Assembly (NCBI GenBank): GCA_016218485.1
Contig: JACRDY010000041.1
Coordinates: 1 to 57,857, forward strand
DNA: 57,857 bases
DNA from: Candidatus Falkowbacteria bacterium
GTDB taxonomy: Bacteria > Patescibacteriota > Patescibacteriia > JACRDY01
Direction of reading: 5' to 3'
Shown piece by piece: positions 36,292 to 44,484 of this stretch. Below the pieces are notes generated by a model. That model did not search any database, had not been told where the DNA came from, and saw nothing but the letters and a program-made list of their open reading frames with translations. Each line of letters begins with the position of its first letter. Positions within the stretch are counted from its first letter, which is position 1. The translations under genes were made by a program, and so were the position numbers.

Positions 36292-38181
36292 ATGGCTTTC
36301 TGGTCACGCAAAAAATCAAATACTGACAGTATCGCGCCGCCGCGGCTCAATGATGACGCCGAGAGTAAAGAGCTCTTGGAGGCGGAGTTGCACTACCGCG
36401 CCGGGGTGACGTCGGTCATTGACCTGATCGCGCCGGCCTCACTGCAGGTCAGCGCCACCTACCTGCGGCTGGGAACCAAGTTTGTCCGGACGCTCTTCGT
36501 CATCACCTATCCGCGCTATATTTCCGTGGGTTGGTTTTCACCGATCATTCATTTTAATAACGCGCTGGACATTTCCATGTTCTTCTATCCGGTTAAGTCA
36601 GCGGCGATTCTCAAAGACCTGAAAAAGCGCGCCGGTAACCTGGAGGCGGAAATCATGGCTGACAAAGACAAGGGCGCGCCGCGCGACCCGATCAAAGAAA
36701 CCGCGCTGCGTGATATTGAGAAACTGCGTGATGATCTGACGCAGGGCACGGAGCACTTTTTCCAGTACTCGCTCTATATCACGGTTTACGCCGACACGGA
36801 AGAGCAATTGGATGAGCTGACCGCTGACATTGAGGACATGTTCGGTTCACGCCTCGTCTACTCCAAGAAAGTACTGTACCAAGCCGAGCAGGGCTTTAAT
36901 TCCACGCTGCCGATGGGTAACGACGAGCTGGCGGTGCTCTTTAACATGAACACCTCGCCGGCCGCTTCATCTTTCCCCTTTATTTCTTTTGAGCTAACGA
37001 GCGACGACGGTATCATGTACGGCATTAACCGCCATAATAACAGCGTTATTCTGTTTGATAGATTTTCTCTGCAGAACGCCAACATGGTGGTCTTTGCCAC
37101 CTCCGGCGCCGGCAAGAGTTATGCCATCAAGCTGGAAATTCTGCGCAGCATGATGCTCGGGACTGACGTCATTGTCATTGATCCGGAAAAAGAGTATGTG
37201 CACCTGTCAGAAGCCGTGGGCGGCACCTACATCAATATTTCTCTGGCTTCGGACAGCAAGGTCAACCCGTTTGATCTGCCGCTGCCGACTGAGGAGGATG
37301 CCAAGACCGAGGATATTATCAGGAGCGCGGTTATCACCCTTAAAGGTCTCGTCAAACTGATGGTGGGCACATTAACATCTGAAGAAGATTCTATCGTGGA
37401 CCGGGCGCTCCTGGAAACGTACGCCAAGAAAGATATTACCGCTGAGTCAAACTTGAAGGATATTGAGCCGCCGATCATGCAGGATTTCCTGGAAGTGCTG
37501 GAAGGTATGGAGGGCGGGGCTGACCTAGTGCTCCGTCTGAAGAAATACACGGAGGGGACCTTTGCCGGCTTCGTCAATAATCCGACGAACGTGGACGTGA
37601 ATAATCAACTGGTGATCTTTTCCGTGCGTGATCTGGAAGATGAGCTGCGCCCCATTGCCATTTACAACCTCGTCAACTATATTTGGAATGTGGTCAGGTC
37701 TGAACGCAAGAAACGCCTGCTGGTGATTGATGAGGCCTGGTGGCTGATGCAGAATGAAGACTCGGCCAAGTTTATTTTCGCCCTGGTCAAGCGGTGCCGC
37801 AAATACTACCTCGGGGTCACCACCATTACCCAGGATGTCAACGATTTCCTCCAGTCAGAGTATGGCAAAGCTATTGTCAGTAACTCGGCGCTCCAGATTT
37901 TGATGAAACAGTCGCCGTCTTCCATTGATCAGGTGCAGAAAACTTTCCTCTTGACTGAAGGGGAAAAATACCTCTTGCTGGAGTGCGGCGTCGGGGAGGG
38001 GATATTCTTTGCCGGCAGCCGGCACGCCGCTATTCGCGTGGTAGCCTCGTACGCCGAAGATCAGCTGATTACCACTGACCCTAAACAGCTGCTGGAGATT
38101 GAAGCGGCCAAGCGCGATTTCGCCGAGCAGCGCGAGGCTGAACTGGCCGGTGCTTCGCCCGCCGAAGAGGGCAACGTTTAA
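36292..38181 (+). CDS. VirB4-like ATPase
   Basis: Walker A ATSGAGKS, VIVIDPEKEY, Walker B LLVIDEAW, RCRKYYLG, TQDVNDF. Confidence 0.9.
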   Translation: MAFWSRKKSNTDSIAPPRLNDDAESKELLEAELHYRAGVTSVIDLIAPASLQVSATYLRLGTKFVRTLFVITYPRYISVGWFSPIIHFNNALDISMFFYPVKSAAILKDLKKRAGNLEAEIMADKDKGAPRDPIKETALRDIEKLRDDLTQGTEHFFQYSLYITVYADTEEQLDELTADIEDMFGSRLVYSKKVLYQAEQGFNSTLPMGNDELAVLFNMNTSPAASSFPFISFELTSDDGIMYGINRHNNSVILFDRFSLQNANMVVFATSGAGKSYAIKLEILRSMMLGTDVIVIDPEKEYVHLSEAVGGTYINISLASDSKVNPFDLPLPTEEDAKTEDIIRSAVITLKGLVKLMVGTLTSEEDSIVDRALLETYAKKDITAESNLKDIEPPIMQDFLEVLEGMEGGADLVLRLKKYTEGTFAGFVNNPTNVDVNNQLVIFSVRDLEDELRPIAIYNLVNYIWNVVRSERKKRLLVIDEAWWLMQNEDSAKFIFALVKRCRKYYLGVTTITQDVNDFLQSEYGKAIVSNSALQILMKQSPSSIDQVQKTFLLTEGEKYLLLECGVGEGIFFAGSRHAAIRVVASYAEDQLITTDPKQLLEIEAAKRDFAEQREAELAGASPAEEGNV

Positions 38182-38182
38182 T

Positions 38183-38360
38183 GAGATGGTTGCAAAACTC
38201 CTTTAGCTGCAATTTGTCCTTTTCGTCCGAGACTTCGTCAAGGAGTCGGCATAATGATTGTCACCGTAGCCCGGCTACGCCACCAATCATTGTGCCGCCC
38301 TTTCCTCGTCTCGAACGAAAAGTCCTACATTTCGCTTAAAAGTAGTTTTGCAACCATCTC
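38183..38360. mobile_element. 178-bp MITE-like element, GAGATGGTTGCAAAAC family
   Basis: Perfect terminal IR gagatggttgcaaaac/gttttgcaaccatctc, flanked by AAT on both sides; interior is self-complementary. Confidence 0.8.
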
Positions 38361-38381
38361 AATCATTATCATCTCAACACT

Positions 38382-38993
38382 ATGCCGAGAAATGTAAAAA
38401 TGATTCTTTTGATCATCGGCGCGCTGATCGTCTTGGCGCTGATTGTTTGGCTGGTGGTTTTTGTTACCACTGATCGTCCCAACCTCACCGATCAGTCGGC
38501 TGTCAATGCTGCCGGGGCGGATAATGGCGATAGTTTGCCGGTGCCGAATCGGCTGGTGGTGAATGACAATACGACCGTGCCTGAGACGGTGGCGACGGCG
38601 CCGGTCTTAGACAGCGCTCAAGCGGAAAGCATCGCTCTGGAGCAGTTGGCGCGCACCTTTGCGGCGCGGTTTGGCAGCTATTCCAATCAGAGTAATTTTG
38701 AGAATATTAAGGATCTGCAGCAGTTCATGACACCGTCCATGCGCGCTTGGTCAGATCAGTATATTGCCGACAATAGCGCCGGCGCGGCCAGCAGTCACTG
38801 GGGGGTGATCACCAACGCGTTGGCTATTGCCTCATCCGCTATCGGAGCAGACAGCGCCACGATTGTGGTGACCACCCGGCGCAAAGAGATCAACGGTCAG
38901 TCCGGCGAGTACAAGACGTACAATCAGGATTTGAAGCTGATGTTCAAGTCAAGCAGTCAAATGTGGCTGGTGGATGGGGCATATTGGCAGTAA
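38382..38993 (+). CDS. Bitopic VirB8/NTF2-like protein
   Basis: N-terminal TM, low-complexity linker, FAARFGSYS...DLQQFMT, C-terminal WLVDGAYW; follows VirB4. Confidence 0.55.
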   Translation: MPRNVKMILLIIGALIVLALIVWLVVFVTTDRPNLTDQSAVNAAGADNGDSLPVPNRLVVNDNTTVPETVATAPVLDSAQAESIALEQLARTFAARFGSYSNQSNFENIKDLQQFMTPSMRAWSDQYIADNSAGAASSHWGVITNALAIASSAIGADSATIVVTTRRKEINGQSGEYKTYNQDLKLMFKSSSQMWLVDGAYWQ

Positions 38994-39027
38994 AAAGCAG
39001 CTTTTTAACAATTTTTAATCTTTCCTG

Positions 39028-39036
39028 TGCTACACT
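39028..39036 (+). promoter_or_regulatory. Extended -10 element (TGnTACACT), probably a leaderless comF promoter
   Basis: TGCTACACT ends 7 nt before the ATG at 39044. Confidence 0.5.
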
Positions 39037-39043
39037 CGGAGGC

Positions 39044-39763
39044 ATGAAGATCAGTGTTGCCGCACAATGGCTGTGGGAAGTGTTGTTCCCGACATACTGT
39101 CTTGGCTGTCGCCGGCCGGGGCAATATTTCTGCGCTGACTGCTGGCAGTCTTTGAGCAGCGCGCCGGCCTTCGGCTCTGATTCAGGCCCTGAATGGGAGC
39201 GTGTGCAGATTGACGCGCGGCCGGTCTACCTAGATAGCGTGATTGCCCTCGCTGATTATGGCACTCCGCTCGTACGTCAGGCCGTGCATTATTTTAAGTA
39301 CCGGTTCGTGCTAGCGCTGGGGCAGGAGCTGATGGTCGCGCTCGTTTCTCGGCAGCCGCACTGTCCCTGGCCCGGCGCGCTGCTCGTGCCGATTCCCTTG
39401 CATCGTAAAAAGTTGAAACGTCGCGGATTCAATCAAGCGGCTATTTTGGCCCAAGCAGTGGGATTACAGTGGCAGCTGCCCGTTTGTACTACGGCCTTGT
39501 ATCGTTGTCGGCAGCAGGTGGCGCAGATGACCCTGAACAGGCAGCAGCGCCTGGAGAACATTCACAATATTTTTGCCGTTCAACCGGGACAATTGCCCGC
39601 GGGCGGCACGATAGTTTTAGTTGATGACGTGGTGACCACCGGCGCTACGCTCAATGAGGCGGCCAGAGTTCTGAAAACTGCCGGAGCGCGGCGGGTGGTG
39701 GCAGTCGTTCTGGCGCACGAAAAAACAGCCCTGGGTAATATAGAGTTTAAAAATATTTTATAA
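39044..39763 (+). CDS. comF: ComF-family competence protein (zinc ribbon plus PRTase domain)
   Basis: CLGC/CADC, VPIPLH...RGFNQA, VLVDDVVTTGATL. Confidence 0.92.
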   Translation: MKISVAAQWLWEVLFPTYCLGCRRPGQYFCADCWQSLSSAPAFGSDSGPEWERVQIDARPVYLDSVIALADYGTPLVRQAVHYFKYRFVLALGQELMVALVSRQPHCPWPGALLVPIPLHRKKLKRRGFNQAAILAQAVGLQWQLPVCTTALYRCRQQVAQMTLNRQQRLENIHNIFAVQPGQLPAGGTIVLVDDVVTTGATLNEAARVLKTAGARRVVAVVLAHEKTALGNIEFKNIL

Positions 39764-39775
39764 TCACATTACCCT

Positions 39776-40102
39776 ATGAAATTACCAGATTTTCGTCGTT
39801 CACCAGAATTAACTCAATCTGATGCTTCCGGTTGGCGATCCTATCTTCGTAGTACAGTAAATATTCCGGAGGATTCTGCTGCTTTAATGGATCACATTGC
39901 GGAGTTGCTGACCATTGACGATATTGAAAGGAAGTTCAAAGAAATTTATGATGTTCAAGTAGCCGGTAATACAACGTATCATTTGGATATACCACCAAGA
40001 GAGGGATTCAAAATATCAGCCATGGTTGAATTGGCGCGAGAACGTGGAATCATTACCGCAGAAGAAAAAAGATTAGGACTGACAGTTTGTATCTTAGCTT
40101 AA
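39776..40102 (+). CDS. Hypothetical protein (108 aa), AT-rich
   Basis: Open frame with ATG between comF and a MITE; no recognisable motif. Confidence 0.55.
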   Translation: MKLPDFRRSPELTQSDASGWRSYLRSTVNIPEDSAALMDHIAELLTIDDIERKFKEIYDVQVAGNTTYHLDIPPREGFKISAMVELARERGIITAEEKRLGLTVCILA

Positions 40103-40114
40103 TTATTGTATCAT

Positions 40115-40292
40115 GAGATGGTTGCAAAACCATTTCTCCTACGATTGGTTATTTTTGCCCCGGGTCTTCGTCAGGCGCTATAAAATGATTGGCACCGTAC
40201 TGCCAGTACGGCTCCATCATTTTCCGTCGCTTATCCTCGCCCGGCGGCAAAAATACCTAAATCTCGCTACGAAATGGTTTTGCAACAATCTC
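40115..40292. mobile_element. 178-bp MITE-like element, second full copy
   Basis: gagatggttgcaaaaccatttc / gaaatggttttgcaacaatctc; same length and colinear stems as the 38183 copy. Confidence 0.8.
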
Positions 40293-40340
40293 ACTGTTCA
40301 TTCATAACAAAAAACAACCTCGTTACTTTGGTTGTTTTCT

Positions 40341-40425
40341 TGGCGGAGAGGGTGGTCCGCCCAAGGCGGATCGCTCCACGAGATTCTTTCAGCGCTATTA
40401 GGTATATAACCGGATAACGGTTTTT
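40341..40425 (-). pseudogene. Decayed tRNA-Ser-like remnant with the T-arm replaced by a palindrome
   Basis: 3' end CCACCCTCTCCGCCA; TCCGCCCAAGGCGGA at the T-loop; cggataacggtttt shared with tRNA-Ser(TGA). Confidence 0.55.
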
Positions 40426-40444
40426 CTGCGACTCCGCGACAGAG

Positions 40445-40531
40445 CGGAGGGAGTGGGATTCGAACCCACGATCCGCGTGAACGGATAACGGTTTTCAAGA
40501 CCGTCGCCTTCAACCACTCGGCCATCCCTCC
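40445..40531 (-). tRNA. tRNA-Ser(TGA)
   Basis: GGAGGGATGGCCGAGTGG...GACGGTCT-TGA-AAACCGT, long variable arm, GGTTCGAATCC. Confidence 0.95.
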
Positions 40532-40616
40532 GCTCTAGCGCGGGTTAAGTCGTTTTTCCGCCCTAGACGGAGTACCTTTCTTCAGTCGTACCTTGAAATT
40601 TTTTTCAAGATACGAC

Positions 40617-40697
40617 TGGCGGAAGGAGAGGGATTCGAACCCTCGATACGGATTTAAACCCGTATAACAGGTTAGCAACCTGCCGCCTTCAGCCACT
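40617..40697 (-). pseudogene. Exact 81-bp duplicate of the tRNA-Ser(GCT) 3' part, D-arm interrupted by hairpins
   Basis: Identical to 40871-40951; followed by hairpins tccgctca...tgagcgga and cccgctcg...cgagcggg. Confidence 0.85.
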
Positions 40698-40870
40698 TCC
40701 GCTCATAGCCTTTCAGGCTTGAGCGGACCCGCTCGCGAAGACGAGCGGGCGACCACCCCTCTTCAGTCGCGACCCGAGATTACCCGAAGCGCTATCAGGA
40801 ATTGAATTGCTAACCATCTGCCCGCTTACGCTTCACCGTTACTTTGTTTCATGAAGCTCCAGCGAGGCGA

Positions 40871-40964
40871 TGGCGGAAGGAGAGGGATTCGAACCCTCGA
40901 TACGGATTTAAACCCGTATAACAGGTTAGCAACCTGCCGCCTTCAGCCACTCGGCCATCCTTCC
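40871..40964 (-). tRNA. tRNA-Ser(GCT), CCA encoded
   Basis: GGAAGGATGGCCGAGTGG...CAGGTT-GCT-AACCTG, long variable arm, GGTTCGAATCCCTCTCCTTCCGCCA. Confidence 0.95.
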
Positions 40965-40982
40965 AAAAGTATTTTCCATTTT

Positions 40983-41225
40983 TTAAAGATCCAATTTTTT
41001 CTTTATCTGTCTACGGCCTTGACCTGTTTTGTAGAATATTTCCGTTTTTCGTGCTAATATCTCTTCAGAGTAAGCTTCATAGTAAACCAACTTCCATGGT
41101 CTGTAAAGCTTTGTAGAGGTAACACGTCCAGTATTATGTTCTTTTATTCTAGTAGCTAAGTTTTTACTAAATCCAGTATATAGTTTATTATTTTTTGTAC
41201 TTTTGATAATATATACATAATACAT
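40983..41225 (-). CDS. Small GIY-YIG nuclease
   Basis: YYVYIIKS...LYTGFS, RIKEHN, TKLYRPWKLVYYE; AT-rich. Confidence 0.9.
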   Translation of the reverse strand: MYYVYIIKSTKNNKLYTGFSKNLATRIKEHNTGRVTSTKLYRPWKLVYYEAYSEEILARKTEIFYKTGQGRRQIKKKLDL

Positions 41226-41334
41226 ATATTTGTAATTTTGTCACTTCCGCTCATAGCCCTTCGGGCTTGAGTTGTACAAAAAATTTACAAAATTTATCTA
41301 GAGTATACTATTCTTAATAATAAAAGTCAATCAT

Positions 41335-41820
41335 ATGGCCAGCAATAAATATGGTGAGGAATTAGCCTCGTGGGAGTTTCCGGAATTCGTCGCTCACGAG
41401 CGGAGCCGGGCGTGGTACGTCATCGCGATCATCATCGGCGGCCTGCTGCTCCTGTACGCCGTCCTGGCCGCGAATTTTCTGTTTGCGGTGATTATTCTAG
41501 TGGCCGCGGTGGTGATCTTTTTGCGCAGCTCGCAGCCGCCCCAGAGCGTACCGTTTGCCCTGTATGAAGACGGCATTCGTATCGGCCAGAAGTTTTATGA
41601 TTTTAGCGAGGTCAAGAGTTTTTGTATCATTTATAACCCGCCCGAGGTCAAGAGCCTGTACTTTAATTTTAACAGCCTGTGGCAGCCCCGGATGCGTATC
41701 CCGCTGGATGACGTTGATCCGCTGTCGCTCCGCGATCTCCTCTTGGAGTATTTGGCAGAAGACCTGGATCAAGAGGATGAGCCGTTTTCCGACGGTATCA
41801 GTCGTTTATTCAAACTCTGA
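41335..41820 (+). CDS. Conserved CPR-type membrane protein (two TM helices plus a PH-like domain)
   Basis: WEFPEF...ERSRAWY, two TM helices, GIRIGQKFYDF. Confidence 0.7.
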   Translation: MASNKYGEELASWEFPEFVAHERSRAWYVIAIIIGGLLLLYAVLAANFLFAVIILVAAVVIFLRSSQPPQSVPFALYEDGIRIGQKFYDFSEVKSFCIIYNPPEVKSLYFNFNSLWQPRMRIPLDDVDPLSLRDLLLEYLAEDLDQEDEPFSDGISRLFKL

Positions 41821-41983
41821 CATTCAAACTCTGACTCTGGACAAATCAGTACTGATTTGTTAAACTGTTGGCACTGTTAGGCGCGTCGTCGCTCCCCGCA
41901 TACGCCTTCGGCTCCTGCGGGGCAGGCAGATGAATAAAGCGATCCGATGGATCGGGGTCGGACGCGAATAGGTTAATACGTAT

Positions 41984-42058
<75 letters not shown>

Positions 42059-42069
42059 TTATTTTTCAA

Positions 42070-42136
42070 TTCAGAATTGATAGAGCGCCCCGATGGATCG
42101 GAGAGGTCGTCCGCCGCGGCGGGCCGGGCGCGTTTT
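42070..42136 (+). pseudogene. Decayed duplicate of tRNA-Arg with both arms replaced by palindromes
   Basis: tcag..gatagagcg, aggtcg and gccgggcgcgttt retained; ccgatggatcgg and tccgccgcggcgg substituted. Confidence 0.65.
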
Positions 42137-42137
42137 A

Positions 42138-42257
42138 AAATTAGAAATTGGAAATTAGATATTAGAAATTAAAGACACGGCTTTAACCAGGGTTTTAAAA
42201 CCCTGGTTAACGAAAACGTTGCTGGTAGACAATTTCCAATATCTAATTTCCAATTTC
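42138..42257. repeat. Inverted heptamer array GAAATT(A/G) with a central 28-bp perfect palindrome
   Basis: (gaaatta/g)n ... ttaaccagggtttt|aaaaccctggttaa ... (aatttcc/aatatct)n. Confidence 0.85.
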
Positions 42258-42270
42258 TTTTTTGATTTTT

Positions 42271-44358
42271 ATGGATTTACATACTCCGGTATTGGCGCTG
42301 CATCCCATAGCTAAAAAAATTGGCAGCGCATTAAAAAGAATAGGTATTGAGACGGTCGCCGATCTCATTTTTTATTATCCGGCGCGGTATGATGATTTTA
42401 GTACGTTCGTGCCCATTGCCGCGCTTCGGCCCGGAGTGGTGGCGACGGTGCGCGGCACTATTCAGCTGATGCGCAATCAGCGAGCCTGGAAGAAGCGGCT
42501 GCTGGTGACCGAGGCGATTATTCAGGATAGCAGCGGTTCGGTCAAGGCGGTCTGGTTTGGCCAGTACTATGTGTCAAAAATTCTTAAACCGGGGGACGAG
42601 GTCTATTTGGCCGGACGGGTGGACGCCGATCGGGGAGTAGTCTTCTATTCACCCAGTTTTGAGAAGGTGACTAAGGCCAAAGAGGGCGGCGGCACGCACA
42701 CCGGTCGGCTGGTGCCGGTCTACAGTCTGACCAAAGGCATCAGTTCCAAGCAGCTTCGCTATTTAGTTTCTCTGGCCTGGAAAGCTCTGCCGGCGCTAGC
42801 CGATTACCTGCCGGCGGCGCTGGTGCGGCAATTACATTTCCCGGCGCTGTCCGCGGCGGTGCGGCAGATCCATTTCCCCGACAGTCAGGTCAGCCTGGAG
42901 CGCGCTCGGCAGCGGCTGCAGTTTGAAGAAATTTTTTTGTTACAGCTCAAGAATCAGCTGGTTCGCCGCCGTCTCCGGCAGCTGCCGGCCTCGCCGGTGT
43001 CATTTCACGAGGCGGAGATTAAACGTTTTGTCAGTAGTTTGCCGTTTGTCCTGACTCCGGCGCAGCGCCGGAGCGCTTGGGAAATCGTTAAAGACTTGGG
43101 CCGGCCGTACCCCATGAATCGCCTCTTGGAGGGCGACGTGGGGAGTGGCAAGACCGTGGTGGCGAGTTTGGCGTTGCTCAATACCGCGCTTGGCGGCGCG
43201 CAAGCCGCGCTGATGGCGCCGACCGAGATTTTGGCCAGACAGCACTATACAACCATCCGGCAGTTACTTCAGGGTCAGAAGTTTTTGATTGGTCTCTTGA
43301 CACGGACGGAGAGCCGGGTCAATGATACACTGGTGGATAAGCGCGAGCTGATCGCCGGGCTCAAGGATGGCCGGGTCAAAGTGGTGGTGGGCACACACGC
43401 GTTGATTCAGGGTAAGATTCAATTTCATCATTTGGCGCTGGCGGTGGTGGACGAGCAGCATCGTTTTGGCGTGGCACAGCGTCAGGCCTTGCAGGATAAG
43501 TCGGGCGAGACTTCGCGCGTGCCGCACTTTCTCTCTATGACCGCCACGCCGATTCCGCGTTCGTTGGCTTTGACGCTCTACGGCGACCTGGATCTGTCTA
43601 TTTTGGACACGCTGCCCGCGGGACGCAAAAAAATTATTACCAAGATTGTCAGTCCGGCTGATCGGGCCAAGGCCTATGATTTTATTCGCCAGCAGGTGGC
43701 GGCCGGCCCCAACGGGGCCCCGTTGGGGCAGGCGTTTGTTATTTGCCCGCTGATTGATCCGTCTGACAAACTGGGTGTCAGGTCAGTCACCGAGGAACAC
43801 AAAAAACTGGATACGGAGGTATTTCCCGATTTAGTCATCGGCTGTCTGCACGGTCGGCTCAAGTCGGCAGAGCGAGAGCGGGTGATGGCGGATTTTGTCG
43901 CCGGCAAGGTCAAAATTCTCGTGGCCACCTCGGTGGTGGAGGTGGGGGTGGATGTGCCAAACGCCAGCGTGATGATGATTGAGGGGGCGGAGCGGTTTGG
44001 CCTGGCACAGCTGCATCAGTTTCGGGGGCGGGTGGGCCGCAGCAGCCACCAGTCGTACTGCTTCCTCTTCACCGACACCGAGAGCGAGAACAGCCGCGCG
44101 CGCCTGCAGACCCTGGTGGACAGCAATGACGGTTTTGCCTTGGCCGAAGCTGATTTACGTTTCCGCGGCGCCGGGGAGATGTTCGGGACGTCCCAGAGCG
44201 GCGAGTCCGATCTGAAGTTGGCAAATTTGTTTGACGTTCAGCGGATTAAGCAGGCACAGCAGTGGGTGGGGAGAGTGATGGCGGAAGATCCGGATTTGGC
44301 CAATCACCCGTTATTACGGGCTAAAATTGGGGAACTGGGACGAGCGCATTTGGAGTGA
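42271..44358 (+). CDS. recG: ATP-dependent DNA helicase RecG
   Basis: LLEGDVGSGKT, MAPTEILA, VDEQHRFG, MTATPIPR, QLHQFRGRVGR, DLRFRGAGE. Confidence 0.97.
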   Translation: MDLHTPVLALHPIAKKIGSALKRIGIETVADLIFYYPARYDDFSTFVPIAALRPGVVATVRGTIQLMRNQRAWKKRLLVTEAIIQDSSGSVKAVWFGQYYVSKILKPGDEVYLAGRVDADRGVVFYSPSFEKVTKAKEGGGTHTGRLVPVYSLTKGISSKQLRYLVSLAWKALPALADYLPAALVRQLHFPALSAAVRQIHFPDSQVSLERARQRLQFEEIFLLQLKNQLVRRRLRQLPASPVSFHEAEIKRFVSSLPFVLTPAQRRSAWEIVKDLGRPYPMNRLLEGDVGSGKTVVASLALLNTALGGAQAALMAPTEILARQHYTTIRQLLQGQKFLIGLLTRTESRVNDTLVDKRELIAGLKDGRVKVVVGTHALIQGKIQFHHLALAVVDEQHRFGVAQRQALQDKSGETSRVPHFLSMTATPIPRSLALTLYGDLDLSILDTLPAGRKKIITKIVSPADRAKAYDFIRQQVAAGPNGAPLGQAFVICPLIDPSDKLGVRSVTEEHKKLDTEVFPDLVIGCLHGRLKSAERERVMADFVAGKVKILVATSVVEVGVDVPNASVMMIEGAERFGLAQLHQFRGRVGRSSHQSYCFLFTDTESENSRARLQTLVDSNDGFALAEADLRFRGAGEMFGTSQSGESDLKLANLFDVQRIKQAQQWVGRVMAEDPDLANHPLLRAKIGELGRAHLE

Positions 44359-44439
44359 CGAATTGAGTTCCGCCAGCCCTGCCGTGAGGCGGGCGCAGCG
44401 GGACGAAATTCGTTACTGTTAATAGAGTGAGCAAAAATA

Positions 44440-44468
44440 TTGACGAATCGGGGTATCGGGTGTATGAT
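44440..44468 (+). promoter_or_regulatory. Sigma70-type promoter
   Basis: TTGACG, 17-nt spacer ending in TG, then TATGAT. Confidence 0.7.
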
Positions 44469-44484
44469 TTTTTTATATCCGGCA

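Noticed and set aside
40113-40307. 64-aa ORF MRWLQNH
   Set aside because: It coincides with the 178-bp MITE and its start lies at the TIR
40698-40760. Self-splicing intron in tRNA-Ser(GCT)
   Set aside because: The insert is about 50 nt of two simple hairpins with no group I core, the 5' strand is degenerate, and an intact copy is adjacent
40617-40964. tRNA duplication as attL/attR of a prophage or ICE carrying the VirB genes
   Set aside because: The two copies are only about 170 bp apart, enclose no integrase, and do not bracket the VirB string
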